From Felis catus (Eukaryota), in assembly GCF_018350175.1 (NCBI RefSeq), contig NC_058383.1:16680001-16744000 (forward strand): a stretch of 64,000 nucleotides of DNA, read 5' to 3'. Below the pieces are notes generated by a model, which searched no databases, was not told the DNA's origin, and saw only the letters and a list, made by a program, of their open reading frames with translations. Positions 1-14,700 of this stretch are shown here, one piece after another. Within the stretch, counting starts at the first letter, position 1; every line of letters starts with the position of its first letter. Made by a program: the position numbers and the translations under genes.

Positions 1-40
1 CAATTTGTCAATAAATTTCATATATAATAAAAAAAATAAA
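1..40 (+). mobile_element. Extreme 3' end and A-tail of an L1 that begins before the window
   Basis: caatttgtcaataaatttcatatat followed by an A-rich tail matches the L1 3' termini at ~7584-7640 and ~40750-40810. Confidence 0.75.
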
Positions 41-3000
41 CTCACATATGACACACACTGAGTTCACTTACACCACACTATAAACAACCTAATGCCAACA
101 CTCATTGTGATCTCCCTCTACACAGCTCTCACTCCTTAGATATACCCCCACATACCCAAACTCACACTATAGAGAAACAAAGCACAATCCCTACACATAC
201 AGTGTGCACACACTACACGTATTCAACACCCTCCCACTCAAATACACTACAAAAATACCACTCACAGGGACTCATACATCACACACACACCACACCACAC
301 CTTCACCACAATACATAACACATATACCTCATATGTACTCAGCACACACACACCACACACAACTCATATTTCATAAATGCATACCAGGTTCCACTTATTT
401 TTCATACATACAACACACAGAAAAACGCACCATATATGCATATCACACACCATTCGCTCCCCACACATACACAATAGTTACACATTAATACATGCACACT
501 ATGTATATTCCATACAACCATGCTATAGGAACCACACACCACATGTACATCATAATTTCACTCCACACACAACACATACTTCACATAAAACACTCATGTT
601 TCACAAATACCACACACAAGAACCCAACATATATACTAGAACACATATTCACCACAATGTCACAGCACACACATTATAAATATACCCAAAGGCACACACC
701 ATACATACACCAATCATTCTGACACGTATAACAATGCATACACACAGCACACATATGCCACAGACACTACACATTCATTATTACCTCACCTATAATATGT
801 TGGTACATGTACACTACACACACAGCCTTTTGTCACACAGAACTTACACACATGAACAGTATACACATTGCACAATATGACTCACCCTCCCCAAATACAA
901 ATACACCACATTCACACCATAGATACACCACACACACAAATATCACACATATCACATATACACCAAAAAATCTTTACATATACAAGATATTCCACACACA
1001 TGCCACATACATACCACACTCACCTCTTATACACAGCACGGAAACACACTTTATTCCCATGTCAAACACAGACGACACATACACAACACATGGATAACTT
1101 ATGCTCCACCAATATATCACACACACAGTTTATGAACCCCAACACACACCACACACATTACATAAATCACACACAAACACCACACATGCCAATATGCACA
1201 CAAACATCACAACCACACATGCACCATACATGTGACACACAAACCAAATATACCACAAAGATTTCATATACACCACACAACATACACACCACAATACACC
1301 ATACACAAAATACACATATGTCACACAAACAGCACACATATTGCACACATACCTCACATACATCACACATATGACATGCTTATATTACTCACACCACTCC
1401 CTCAACACAAAAAAACACATAACTGCACATTCACCACACACATGCCACACACACCACTGCATACACATCACTCAAACACGTCAAGCAAGCATTATATATA
1501 TAACACACCCAAAACACATACAGCAAACAACCACAAACAGACCAAAGTCACACCACATATCAACCAAAAACACCCAACATAAAACACACATATCATACAT
1601 GCACCACACACACTAAATATGCCCCACAAACACACCACACAATACCAGACACACCACACAAACACTACAGGAATAACAAACAGCTTTACAACACACATAC
1701 ACAATGGACAAACCACACACAGCAGACATATTCCCCCACACATGCAACAAATATACTCTACGCACACCTAACATATTCACCACAATTTCACCTCACTCAC
1801 AAATGCACATCACAACACTGCACATAAATCACACCTACTTCACACTGACACAAGACATATGTGTCTCACACAAATACCAGACACACACCACACAACTGCA
1901 ACATACATGCCATACATATCAATGCCCACACATGAAAATATCTACAGATGTAGTACAAATTCCACAGAAACACCAAAATCATACCACACATAGAAACTAG
2001 ACACACACATCACAAACACACTATACATACAAAATACACACAACACATGTCAACCACACATGACAAACCACCTATCAAAAACATACCACCTATGAGCTAT
2101 AACACGTACACACATATACCACAAATACAAATCATACATATATCACACATGACAAAGAAACCAAACATGCTACAAACAGCAAACATAGATGACACACCAC
2201 ACATGGAATTTATATAACCCATACGTCATATTTTGCCATACAAAAACTATACCAACAACACACATATAATACATACCAATATATGCCAGACATATACCAT
2301 AGTTACTCCACAAACACATCACATTTAAACCAAACCACACACTAAATATACACCACAAACAAAACATATACAACACAATTTCACCACACACACACAATGC
2401 GCACACATTGCACATATACACCGTATCTAGTCACATAATACAACATATCTAACTCACACCTGTAGACCACAGACACCACATATAAGCCACACACACAGAC
2501 AACACACACCAAAAACAACATATACAGCACACACATTACACACATATAATACCTATAGTCCACGTATCAAAAACACGCCAAACCTACCATACCCACATTC
2601 CATTTACACATCACATACATCAAACTTGATGCACATGCCACACTTACACAAATCAAACATATACCATACACACACACAGCACATACACTTCATACAAACA
2701 CCACACATAAGAAAAATATTAAGCCCAAATTTACTGCAAGGACAATCAGATACATGACACATACACCACACCCACCACACCCACAACATGTGTGCCACAC
2801 ATTAACATGCATATGTCACAATGAATGTACGTACACACTAAACACAACACACATATGCCACATATACAGCACACATAAAACATACAAACAATAGATATAT
2901 ACTGCACACTCCACATGCAGACTTCACATTTAACACACATGAAAAATACACATACACCACACGCACAATACATATAAACTACACAAACACAAAGACTGCC

Positions 3001-6000
3001 ACAGATCATAACCCCACACAGTCACCACAAACTACACATCTTCCACACTCATACACCACACAAACACCACTCATACATCTCACATATACAACACTCCCAC
3101 TGATGCTACATGCCCCAAATACAAAATAGCTACACTATTCATGTGCAACACATGTATCACACACATGCACTCCACACACACATAGAACTATAACAAGGCA
3201 CACACATTTATGTCACACACACAACCTGAAATCATACAAGTGACACTGCACATACAGCACACACCTACTCCATGAACACCGCACACAAGTCACACAAGAA
3301 AACACACCCACATGCAACACACACTGAATATATACCACATGCACAACACACATAGAACACACATATACCATGCACACACAAGGCAAGCATGCACTGCACA
3401 CACACACCACAACAGACTTTTACCACACACACCACACATACATTATGCATACAAGACAGATGTTACAGAAACACATGACACACACAAGAGATGTGCAATA
3501 CTCACAACACACACACCACATGCACCACCATTTCAACACATACATATGACACATACTGAACACACACCTCACATGCATCAACCCTTACCATACAACCACA
3601 CAATTACATATACTACATACACACAGCACACATAAACCACACACGTGACATACAGACCACACACGCCGCACTCAGCACACATTTTCCACACAAACTTACA
3701 TCTGCATTTGCCACATACAAACTACAGATACCACTAATGAACCACATGGACCTTACACATACACTATGCATATGTTACCCACATGTACAACACACAGCAC
3801 ACAAAATATGGATCCACCTCACACTCACCATACACACCATACTCGCAAATAGACAACACATAGAAGAAACAAAAAATATCACACATACCCGCTATACCTA
3901 TGTGTATGCCAAACACAAAACATAGACCAGCTATTAACCAAACATATACTACATACACACACATGCACACACACACAAAGCATGCACACACCTTATACAC
4001 ACCAAAAAGACCCCACATGCCATATACACCACACACCACACACTTATACCACACACACACCACATTCATATACCTGATACATGCCACACATTTGCCACTC
4101 AAACACTGCACATACATGACAGGCAAACCACCTGTGTATCTCACAAGTGGCACATATACCACACTCATTCCACACACACATCACACACACCTAACACATG
4201 CATCATGCCTATAGTACAAATACACACACTACACCCCCCATACACCCCACACAACCCATAAAGCACATGGAAATATTGCGGTTACCACACATGCAACCCC
4301 CACATAGTAATACCACACATACACAAGCACTACTACACATATAACACAAACATCACACACACTACACACCCACACACCACACAAACACCACAGCCATCAC
4401 AAAAATATCAAGCAAACACACACTCCACATATACACCACACACAAATAACATACACCACACACAACCACACATGCATCTCTCACACTCTCACCACATATA
4501 CAGCACACACACCAAAGACACATAGCACACATACAACACAGACACACACACGACACTACAAACATACCAGGAACACACACAAAAGAGATACTCTACAGAT
4601 GCCTTATGTATGTATAACACTTACACAAACATTGCAACTACAACCAAAGGAATACAACAGACACACACCACACCTATACAAAATACACACCAAATATACC
4701 ACACACAGTTACACATAATACATTCAACCCACAAACTCCACACACATTTCATACACAACGCACATATACCACAACACATACCACTCATACACCCACACAT
4801 CATAGACATAACACACTTATACTATACACCCAGTGCAACCCAAATTCACTACACACATACCACACTTATACCACACAAAGACACACCAAATATACAACAT
4901 GCACACCACAACACACTTCACAATGCATACACACACCACTTCCAGTCCATCACTCTACCCATATCTTACATACGGCCACATTTTTCACACATCACAAATG
5001 AAACACAAAAACACCACAAAAAGATCGCACATAAACCACACACTACACACAAACTACACATACAACACATATACACAACACGGACCACACTCATATACTG
5101 CACATAAAAGACACATACACAGAAGGTCATGCTACTTATATTAAACACACAAACTACATGCACAACAAAGACACAAAACACAAAAGGACACACACACCGT
5201 ACATACACCACACACACACCATAAATATGCCACATGCACACCACACACTATGGACACTCCATAAATCACACACACACACACACACACACACACCCCACAT
5301 GCACTGCCCAAACCATACATATGTCACAAAGAAACACATATACACCATGCCCACACCAGACATACACCTCACATACATCACATAAATACCACACACACAC
5401 ACTCATAATACATACATGCCACACACACCTCATATATTTAACATACATTACATATACACTACACATATATTACACAACTCTCAGTCATACACACCACATA
5501 TGCAGCACAAACACAGGCATACCATACATATCTCAGAAACACACCAACCTGTACCACACACTTACTCCACAATATACCACACACACCAATCATAACATAC
5601 ACACCAGTAACGTAGCCCACATAGCATATATACAACACATACCACATATACCACATACTACAAATATGCCAAACATTCATGAGATGTATAAAATACAAAC
5701 ACTACTTCTACACACCAAATTCACACCACACATATATTATACACACTTCACACCAGCAAATATGCATAACAACACCACATAACCACACACACTACATACA
5801 TTACACAGAAACAGACACACCACGTGTATACCACACAAAAAATCAACACATACAGCACGCAAACACCACACACACCATGCATGCCACACAAATACCACCT
5901 GAACACACACTATACATGGAGAACAGAAAACACAAGAGATATACCATATCACAACTCATATACCATACATACACCACACATGAACAAAGGTAAAGCACCT

Positions 6001-6758
6001 ATATACCAATGACACACCACACACACTCCACACATGACATACAAATACCATAACCACACATACCATGCATATACCATATGCCCACACCACACTTTCACCA
6101 AACCGGAGATATCATACATACACACCACACATACACCAAACAAGAGATATCAGACAAAACACACATATGTCATACATATCCAGAACACTCATTCATCATG
6201 TGCAGCAAACACAATAAACTTAAAAAACACATACTACGTAGCACACATGTCATACAAATACCTTTACACACCACACGTCACATATATACCACACCTGTAC
6301 CACACCTACATATTCCACATACATACAAAAAAATGCTTATACAATGCACACACCATACACACCACACAGGCTGCCTTCACACAATACACACTATGAATAT
6401 ACAAAACATACATGCTGCTTATGTACCACAACACACCAAACATGTACCACACACATGGCACATATCGCATATTCACCACATGTTCAGCACACATATGCCA
6501 CACACACACACACCTAAAATACAACACAGTTACACCACACAGATGCCACAAACACACTACACATTCACCACGCAATAACCACGTATTTACAATATACCCC
6601 CCACACACATATACCATGCAATAACCACATATTTACATAGATACACACACATACACTCCACTTATCACACATGCACAATGCAGACAGACACACCACACAT
6701 ACACCACAAATGCACCAACACCATTCCACACACACACTCCAAAGATATACCAAACTTT
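41..6758. repeat. Degenerate CA-rich low-complexity array (CACAC/CACAT/ACCAC variants)
   Basis: Plus strand is nearly all C and A with very little G; no fixed monomer; all ORFs here are compositional (H/T/Y-rich on +, C/V/M-rich on -). Confidence 0.95.
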
Positions 6759-7640
6759 CCAAATAACCCAGTGAAGAAATGGGCAGAAAACATGAATAGA
6801 CACTTCTCTAAAGAACACATCTGGATGGCCAACAGGCACATGAAAAATGCTCAATGTCGCTCCTCATCAGGGAAACACAAATCAAAACCACACTCAGATA
6901 TCACCTCACGCCAGTCAGAGTGGCCAAAATGAACAAATCAGGAGACTATAGATGCTGGAGAGGATGTGGAGAAACGGGAACCCTCTTGCACTGTTGGTGG
7001 GAATGCAAATTGGTGCAGCCACTCTGGAAAACAATGTGCTGGTTCCTCAAAAAATTAAAAATAGACCTACCCTATGACCCAGCAATAGCACTGCTAGGAA
7101 TTTACCCAAGGGATAAGGGAGTACTGATGCATAGGGGCACTTGTACCCCAATGTTTATAGCAGCACTCTCAACAATAGCCAAATTATGGAAAGAGCCTAA
7201 ATGTCCATCAACTGATGAATGGATAAAGAAATTGTGGTTTCTATACACAATGGAGTACCATGTGGCAATGAGAAAGGATGAAATATGGCCCTTTGTAGCA
7301 ACGTGGATGGAACTGGAGAGTGTGATGCTAAGTGAAATAAGCCATACAGAGAAAGACAGATACCATATGTTTTCACTCTTATGTGGATCCTGAGAAACTT
7401 AACAGAAACCCATGGGGGAGGGGAAGGGAAAAAAAAGGTTAGAGTGGGAGAGAGCCAAAGCATAAGAGACTCTTAAAAACAGAACAAACTAAGGGCTGAT
7501 GGGGGGTGGGAGGGAGGGGAGTGTGGGTGATGGGTGTTGAGGAGGGCACCTTTTGGGATGAGCACTGGGTGTTGTATGGAAACCAATTTGACAATACACT
7601 TCACATATTGAAAAATAAAAAAAATAAAAAAAATAAAAAA
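6759..7640 (+). mobile_element. 5'-truncated L1 (ORF2 C-terminus, 3'UTR, A-tail) inserted in the CA-rich array
   Basis: ORF 6854-7393 reads [26 protein letters not shown]...YPRD (L1 ORF2 Cys-rich end); G-rich 3'UTR; A-tail; TSD ccaaagatata(c/a)caaacttt at 6739-6758 and 7642-7661. Confidence 0.97.
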
Positions 7641-7661
7641 CCCAAAGATATAACAAACTTT

Positions 7662-7810
7662 CAACACACATGCAAAACACTCACCACACACATACTGCAC
7701 ACCCACACCTTGTACCGACCACAGACACCCCATACAGCACATGTCCATCTGATGTATACCACACATAAGTGCTCATTCCAAACACAGTCACACACATACC
7801 ACATTCACAT
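7662..7810. repeat. Continuation of the CA-rich array after the L1 insertion
   Basis: Same composition as 41-6758; resumes after the TSD. Confidence 0.85.
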
Positions 7811-10590
7811 AAGATTTGGGGCCAAAGACCAATGGGATATAATTCCGCATGTAAGCCAGAAATTGGCCATGAAATTTTCATGGCCAGAATGGAGCTGCAG
7901 GAGGGGATTATGACCTTCAAACTAACTTGTGCCCAATCTTCTGACTCCTGAACCCAAACCCTAAGCCTACCAAGTGCCCTCAACTCAGCACACCAGGGAG
8001 ATCACTGTAATGTCAGTGATTCTGCACTGACACCTCCTGGGAACCAACCCCAACACTCGCTCAGGCTCTTCCTTGAAGAGGCCCACCTCTTAGGTAAAAG
8101 AAATGAAAATTTCTGGGTCCCAGGACTGGGACAGAATTCTTCAGCGAGGAACTCAGGAATGGGCCATGACATTTCCAGGGTCAGAATGGGGCTTCAGAAG
8201 GGAAATGGGGGCAAAACCTAAGCCTGCAACACACAATTGGCCTTCCCCTGCCCACAAACCCTAAGGTGTCCAGCACCCTAAAAGGTGCCCGCTACCAGTC
8301 CTCCAGGGGGGTCACTGAAGTGTTGGCTCAGGCCCTGGTACCTACAAGGACCTAACCTTAACCCTAGGCCAGCTTTTTTTCCTCAGGGGGCCCATATCTT
8401 AGGTCTGAGGACAGTGCTCATGTGGGACCTGTGACTGGAGCAGGATTAATCCACAAGGAAACCAGATAATCACCATGACATTTTCAAGACAGGATGGAGT
8501 GGGACAAGGGAGTACTGAGGCCAAACCTAAGCCTGGCCCACACCACTGACTGGCCTTGTAACCCAAAGCCAAAGCCTAACCCTATCAAAACGCTCACCTC
8601 AACCCTCTGTGAATATCACTGCACTATTGGGGGCACCTCCAAAGAACTAACCCTACCCACAGCCAGGGCTCAGGCCATAACGGGACCCTGCTATTGATAT
8701 CTGAGAAAAGAACAGGTTTGGGGCCAATGACAAACGTGGAGTATATCAGCATGGGAGCCATAATTTTGCATACTAATTCCAAGGCTGTGAAAGAGCTGCA
8801 GTGGGGCATCACGAGACCCTACCTAACCCTGACCCAGTCTTCTGGCTCCTGAATCCAAATGTTAGGCCTGACCCACACCTGACCATGCATCCTCAACTCA
8901 GTCATCCAGGGAGATCATTGCACTGTGGGTGGTTCTGCCCCTGGCATTTCCTGGTTGTCAACCCTAACCCAAGCCACAGCTCTCGTTGTAAGGAGTCCCA
9001 TCTCCAAGAACTGAGACAAGGACAGACTAGGGTCCTATTCATGGCACCAAAATCTTTAGCAAGGAGCCCAGGAGTGGACCATGTTCTTTCTAGGGCCTGA
9101 ATGGAACCTCAGAAGGGGACCCAGGGCCCAAACCTAAGCCTGGTACACACAATTGGGTGCCCTCTGTACTCAAACTCTATGTCTGTCCCACACCCTAACA
9201 TGCTTCCTTAACTCAGTCCTCCAGGGAGATCACTCTACTTGTGTCGGTTGAGCCCCTGAAACCTCCCAGAACCTAAGCCTAACCCTAGACAAAGCTTTTT
9301 CCCCATGTTGGGCCCATTCATAGGTCCGAGAACAGAATGGATTTGAAACCCATAACCAGAGAAGGATTATTCAGCATCGAATATGGACAGTCTCCATGCC
9401 ATGTCCAAAGCAAGGATGGATTTGCACAAGGGGGATACTGAGGCCAAAGCTAAGCTTGGCCTACACCATAGGCTGGTCCTTCAACTCAAACACTAAGCCT
9501 GACCCGCACCCAAACCCGCACCCTCAACTCATCCCTCTGTGAAGACCACTGTGCTATTGGGAGTTCAGGCTGTGTCACTTCCTGGGACCTAACCCTAAAC
9601 CAAGCCAGGGCCCTGGCTCTACAGGGGCCCACCATTGGCGCTGAGAAAAGAACAGATTTGGGGCCAAAGACTGTGTATATTTCCATGTGGAAGCCAGAAA
9701 TTCGTCATGATATTTCTGTGGCAGGGATGGACTTCAACCTAAGCTTCACCCAAACAATCTTCTTACTCCTGAACCAAACCCTGACTGAATCACAGCCTAC
9801 CAAGTGCCCTCAACTCAATCCACCAGAGAGAACACTGCAATGCCAGTGACTCTGCCCCTGACACCTCCTGGGAACTAAATCCAACCCCAGCTCAGGCTCT
9901 TTCTTGAAGAAGGCACACCTCCTAGAGCAGAGAAACAAAAAATTCTGGAGCCCCTGACCAGTGCATAATTCTGCAGTGAGGTAACCAGGAGTGAGCCATG
10001 ACATTTCCTGGGTCAGAATGCAGCTGCACAAGGGGATTGGAGGCCAAAACCTAAGCTTGCAACACATAATTGACCCTCCCCTGCCCACAAACCCTAAGAG
10101 TGTCCTGCACCCTAACAGGCACCCTCAATTCAGCCTTCCAGGGAGATCACTGAAATGGTGTCAGCTCAGGGCCTGGCACCTACAAGGACCTATCCCTAAC
10201 CCTAGACCAGGCTTTTTCCTCAGGCGTCCCACATCCTAAGTCTGAGGACAGAATGTATGTGGGGCCTGTGACTAGTGCAGGATTAATCTGCAAGGAAACC
10301 AGATAATTGACATGACATTTCCAAGGCAGGGATGGAGTTGCACAAGGGAGTACTGATGACAAACCTAAGCCTGGCCCATCCAATTGTCTGGCCCTGTAAC
10401 CCAAAGCCTAATCCTGACTCACACCCTAACACATGCTCTAAACTCAGCCCTCTGTGGAGATCACTGCAACTGTGGGAGTTCAGTCCCTGGTACCTCCTGG
10501 GACCTAACCCTAACCCCAGCCAGTCCTCTGGCCCTAAGGGGGCTACCATTGAGGTCTGAGAAAATAATGGATTTGGGGTAAAGGCCAAAT
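7811..10590 (+). repeat. ~310-bp satellite with telomere-like TAACCC variants, about 9 monomers
   Basis: Anchor ctcaactcag..ccagggagatcactg recurs at ~7979, 8292, 8595, 8892, 9208, 9523, 9809, 10124, 10438; each monomer has cctaaccc(t)aaccc-like and aaacctaagcct motifs. Confidence 0.92.
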
Positions 10591-10603
10591 TGCAGTGGAT
10601 GCC

Positions 10604-11796
10604 CCATTGTGTGCCCCAGGCTTAATTTTGGCCCCGGATACTTCTCTGGGGCTCCATTGAAGCCTTGGAAATATCATGGTCAACTCCTGGGTTCCTCGCT
10701 AAAGATGTTGGTGCCCTGAATGGGATATCTAGTCTGTTCTTTTCTCAGAACTGCAAGGTGGTAGCTCTTACAACCAGAACATTGGGTAAGTAAGGGCTAT
10801 CAACCAGGAAGTGTCACTGGCAGAACCTCCCACAGTGCGGCGATCTCCCTGGAGGGCTGAGTTGAGGGTGCATGGCTTGTTGGAGTCAGGCTTAGGGCAT
10901 TGATTCAGGAGCCAGAAGACTCAGTGTGACAGGGTTAGGTAAAGTCTCCCTATCACCCCCTGCAGCTCCATCCTGGACCTGGAAATGACATGGCATAATT
11001 CTGGCTTCCATGCTGTAATATTCCACATTGGTCTTTGGCACCATATCCGTTCTCTTCTCAGACCTTAATGGTCTGTGTCCTTAGTGCCAGAGCCCTAGCT
11101 GGTGTTAGGTTAGGTCCCAGGAAGTGCCAGTTGCTGAAACTCTCAGCAATGCAGTGATCTCCACGTAGGGCTGAGTTGAGGGCATGTGTTAGGGCATGGG
11201 TCAGGCTTAAGTTTTGGGTTACAGGGCCAGCCAAAGGGGTGGGCCAGGCTTAGATTTGACCTCAGTACTCCCTTGTGCCACTCCATCTCTGCCTTGGAAA
11301 TGGAAACTACCTGGGTTCCTTATGGTTTAATCCTGCTCTAGTCATTGGCCCCAAATGTATTCTGTCCTAAGACTTAGGATGTGGGACCCCTGAGGAAAAA
11401 TCATGGTCTAGGGTTAGGGACAGGTCCCTGGAGGTGCCAGGGCCTGAGCTGGCACCATTTCAGTGATCTCCCAGGACAGCTGAGTTGAGGGCACCTGTTT
11501 AGGGTACAGGACACCCTTAGAGTTTTGTTCACTGTATGGCTGACTGTGTGTTGCAGGTTTAGGTTTTGGCCCCAGATCCCTTTCTGCAACTCCACTCTTA
11601 CCCCAGAAATGTCATGGCCCCCTCCTGAGTTCATGGCTGAAGAACTCTGTGCCGGTCATGGGCCCCAGAGTTGTTCCTTTCTCTGACCTAGGACTTGATC
11701 CCTCTTCCAGAAAGAGCCCGAGCTAGGGGTAGGTTTAGCTCCCAGGAGGGGTCAGGTGCAGAGTCATTGGCATTGCCGTGATTTCCCTAGGTGTTG
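10604..11796 (-). repeat. Same ~310-bp satellite in inverted orientation, about 4 monomers
   Basis: Reverse-complement anchor cagtgatctccc..gctgagttgaggg at ~10840, 11153, 11461 and partially at 11778. Confidence 0.92.
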
Positions 11797-14700
11797 CACA
11801 GACTCCCTTTGACTTTTGTTTCAGAACAATTTGGACATCCAGAGACCTAGAGAATGTGAAGGGGCTCAGTGGAGAATTTTTGTGTGTAGGATGGGCCAGA
11901 GGCTTTGGAAGGGAGCTGGCCTCTTCTGGGGTGAGTGGAAATGAAATCAGACATCTGATTTTGAGATTTATTCCATTCCCGTTGGAAATGTAGAATATTA
12001 GTCCTCCCTGGGGCCATCCCCTTTTCATTGCTGTTTTTTATAACTAAGTCTTTGTTCACACTTAGGAGCCATGGAGCTCTAACATACTCAGCCAACACCC
12101 AGGAAGAGGCAGGGAGTTCCCACTTTGGTCCTATGCTCAGTGAGAGCTACCAGTGTCAAATATCCAAAGGGAAGATGACCTGTTATTCCCTGAGCACTTG
12201 GTGCTTGGCCAGTTGTGCTGTGGAAGGTAAAGGAGAACCAGGTTACCTCATTCCCCTGGCTGATTGAGATGCCCTGATTTTGATTACACACAGTTAACAT
12301 ATGGGCAGGATTCTCCAGTAGTTGACGAGTGCAAGAAGAACCCTTTCCAGGAAGACAATACCAAGTTCTGGTTCCAGACACCTGAGCAACAGCCAGGAGC
12401 ACCCAACTACAGCTCAACCACCACTGTTTCTATCCACTGATGGGAAAAGTGGGAAATACAGACAAAGCCAGTGATTTCAGACTCCTGCTGCAGGAAGAAT
12501 GCAGGCCTCTTCCCTACAGGGTCCCCAGGTGTAGCTCCATTTCCTGGGAGGAGGGCTGCCTTTCCTTAAGCTCACAGGTGTTTCTTACTCTTGAGGCAGT
12601 CATACTGCTAGGAGATTGTGCTGGGTACTCCTTTCTCAACATTCTCCCATCTCTAGTGAAGAACTCATACCTTCCATGGTTTCCCTATACACACTATTGT
12701 CTTTTGTGGGGGGAGAGGAGGAGGAAAATGTTCTGGATGGAGTCCATTCAGAGTCAGTGTCTTGGAGTAATAGTCTCTACCTCCAAATTGGGAGTCTTGT
12801 GGTATAGGTTTTGCATCAGACCCTTCTCAATTTGTTTTCAGAACTATGTGGATATACAGAGGCCTAGAGCACCTGAAGGCGCCCAATGGAGAATATTTGT
12901 ATGTAGCCTAGGTCAGAGGTTTAGGGAGGGAGCCAGCATCCTGCATGGGGTAAGAAGGAGTGAACATAGATATCTCCTCCAGGGATTTACCCCATCCCAA
13001 ATAGAAATGCAAAACCTTGGCCCTCCAAACTCCTTCCACTACTGTTGTTGTTTTCCTATGTCACCATTCACATTCCAAGATCACGGGATTTTCATTTACA
13101 CAGCCAGGGATTAAGAATCAGATGTGACTTACCAATCAGTTCCTGAGCCACTGGGATATCTCAGTGTGTGATAGTCCAAAGGTAAGCCCACCCCCTTGGT
13201 ACTTATCCAACTAGCATAGTCTTAATGAAGGGAAGCCAGTTTGCTTCCTCCCATCACTTATTGTGAATCCGACATCCTGAAGATCAAAAGGTTTGTGTAT
13301 GCATAGTATGCTCTAGGAACTCTTCTTCACACTACCAGCCTCTTGAGTGAAGACCACACCAAGGCTGCATACCAAACACATGACCATCAGCCAGGAGCAC
13401 ATACCTGCCACTGCTACATCTCTACTGCCCATATCTGCCATTGTGATCCCAAGAAAGACATCCAAAGACAGGGATTTCCCAATCCATTTGAAGATATAAT
13501 AGAGGCCTCATGATAACAGCACTTCAGGTGTAGTCTGGAGAGAGGTCCCTCTACCAAAGCTCATAGGTGTTTCCAATTCCTGAGACAATCAATGGCTAAA
13601 AGATTGTGCTAGTCACTTCATTCACAACAGTCTCCCATTCCCATCGCTAATGAGGAACTCTAGCCCGCTGTCATTTTGAATCCATTTTCTCCATTTTCAA
13701 AGGAGTTTCTCCCTGGGGTTCATTCTGAATGAGTCTCTCAGAGTAATATCCTCAGCTTTCAACTGAAAATTCTGGTGAAGTCCTTGTGACTGTGGAATAG
13801 GTTTTGTAACAGGACCACCCCTTGTTTTGGTTTCAGAAATATATGGACATCCAGAGGCCTGGGTCATTGGAAGATGCCCAGAATAGTATGTTTCTATGTA
13901 TTCTTGGTCAGAGAGAGAGGTCTTGGAGAGAGATGGCATCATTTATGGGCAGACAGGAAATGAAGTGAGACACCTCCTTTCCAGATTGATCCTATTCCCA
14001 TTTGAAATGTAGAGCTTTGGTCTTCCTCCAAGCCATTTTCTTCCCATGGTGGTAATTCCTAAATAAATTTTTGTTCACACATAAGAGACATAGAACTGTT
14101 TCTCACTCAGCTGGCACCCTGAATAGGCCGCACACTCCAACTCTGGTCCTGTGTGCAGTGAGAGTGATCACTGTCTGCCAAACCAAAGAATGGTGGACTT
14201 TAGCCCCTGAGTGTGCCTTCTCTGGTATAGAAGGTGAAGGGGAGCCAGCTTTCTTTACTCACTGGGTTGACTGAGTTGCTTTCATCCTGAGAGGCCAACT
14301 GTTTGCACATGGGCCGTATGAAGCAGGAGGGGATTGGCACAGGAAGAGCCCTTTCCAGAAATAGGGAAGGAAGTCCTTGTTCCAGTCTCCTGAGAAATAG
14401 CCAGGGGAACCCAATGGCTAGAGTTCAAACACGCTGCCTCTGACAATTGAAGGAAATCATGGCAATGACAGGCAAAACAAGAAATTTTTGGCTTCTGAAG
14501 AAAGAACAGTTTTACTGCTGACAAGGCCTCTTGGTGCAGCCCTGTACAGGGCTCTCTTTGCCTAAGCCCACAGGCATTTCTTATTCCTGATGCAATCAGG
14601 TTGATAGGACATTGTGCTCGGTACTGCAATTTCAATATTCTCCATTTGTTAGTTGTAACAAAGAACACACACTCTGGGCCTCCACTTACACAACTTGCTC

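Noticed and set aside
204..6762. Dozens of His/Thr-rich (+) and Cys/Val-rich (-) ORFs
   Set aside because: Direct consequence of CA/TG composition; they overlap in all frames and show no domain or gene structure
10980..11070. Common origin of the 310-bp satellite and the 350-bp subunit of the 1-kb repeat
   Set aside because: Only short pyrimidine-rich resemblances (ccgttctcttctcag vs cccattttcttctc); not convincing without a profile-profile alignment
7811..11796. True interstitial telomere or canonical FA-SAT
   Set aside because: At most about two consecutive TAACCC units; the monomer is ~310 bp and CpG-poor, unlike the 483-bp CpG-rich FA-SAT
12837..12870. NYVDI as a retroviral RT YVDD motif
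   Set aside because: Second Asp is absent, there is no upstream LPQG motif, and flanks do not resemble RT
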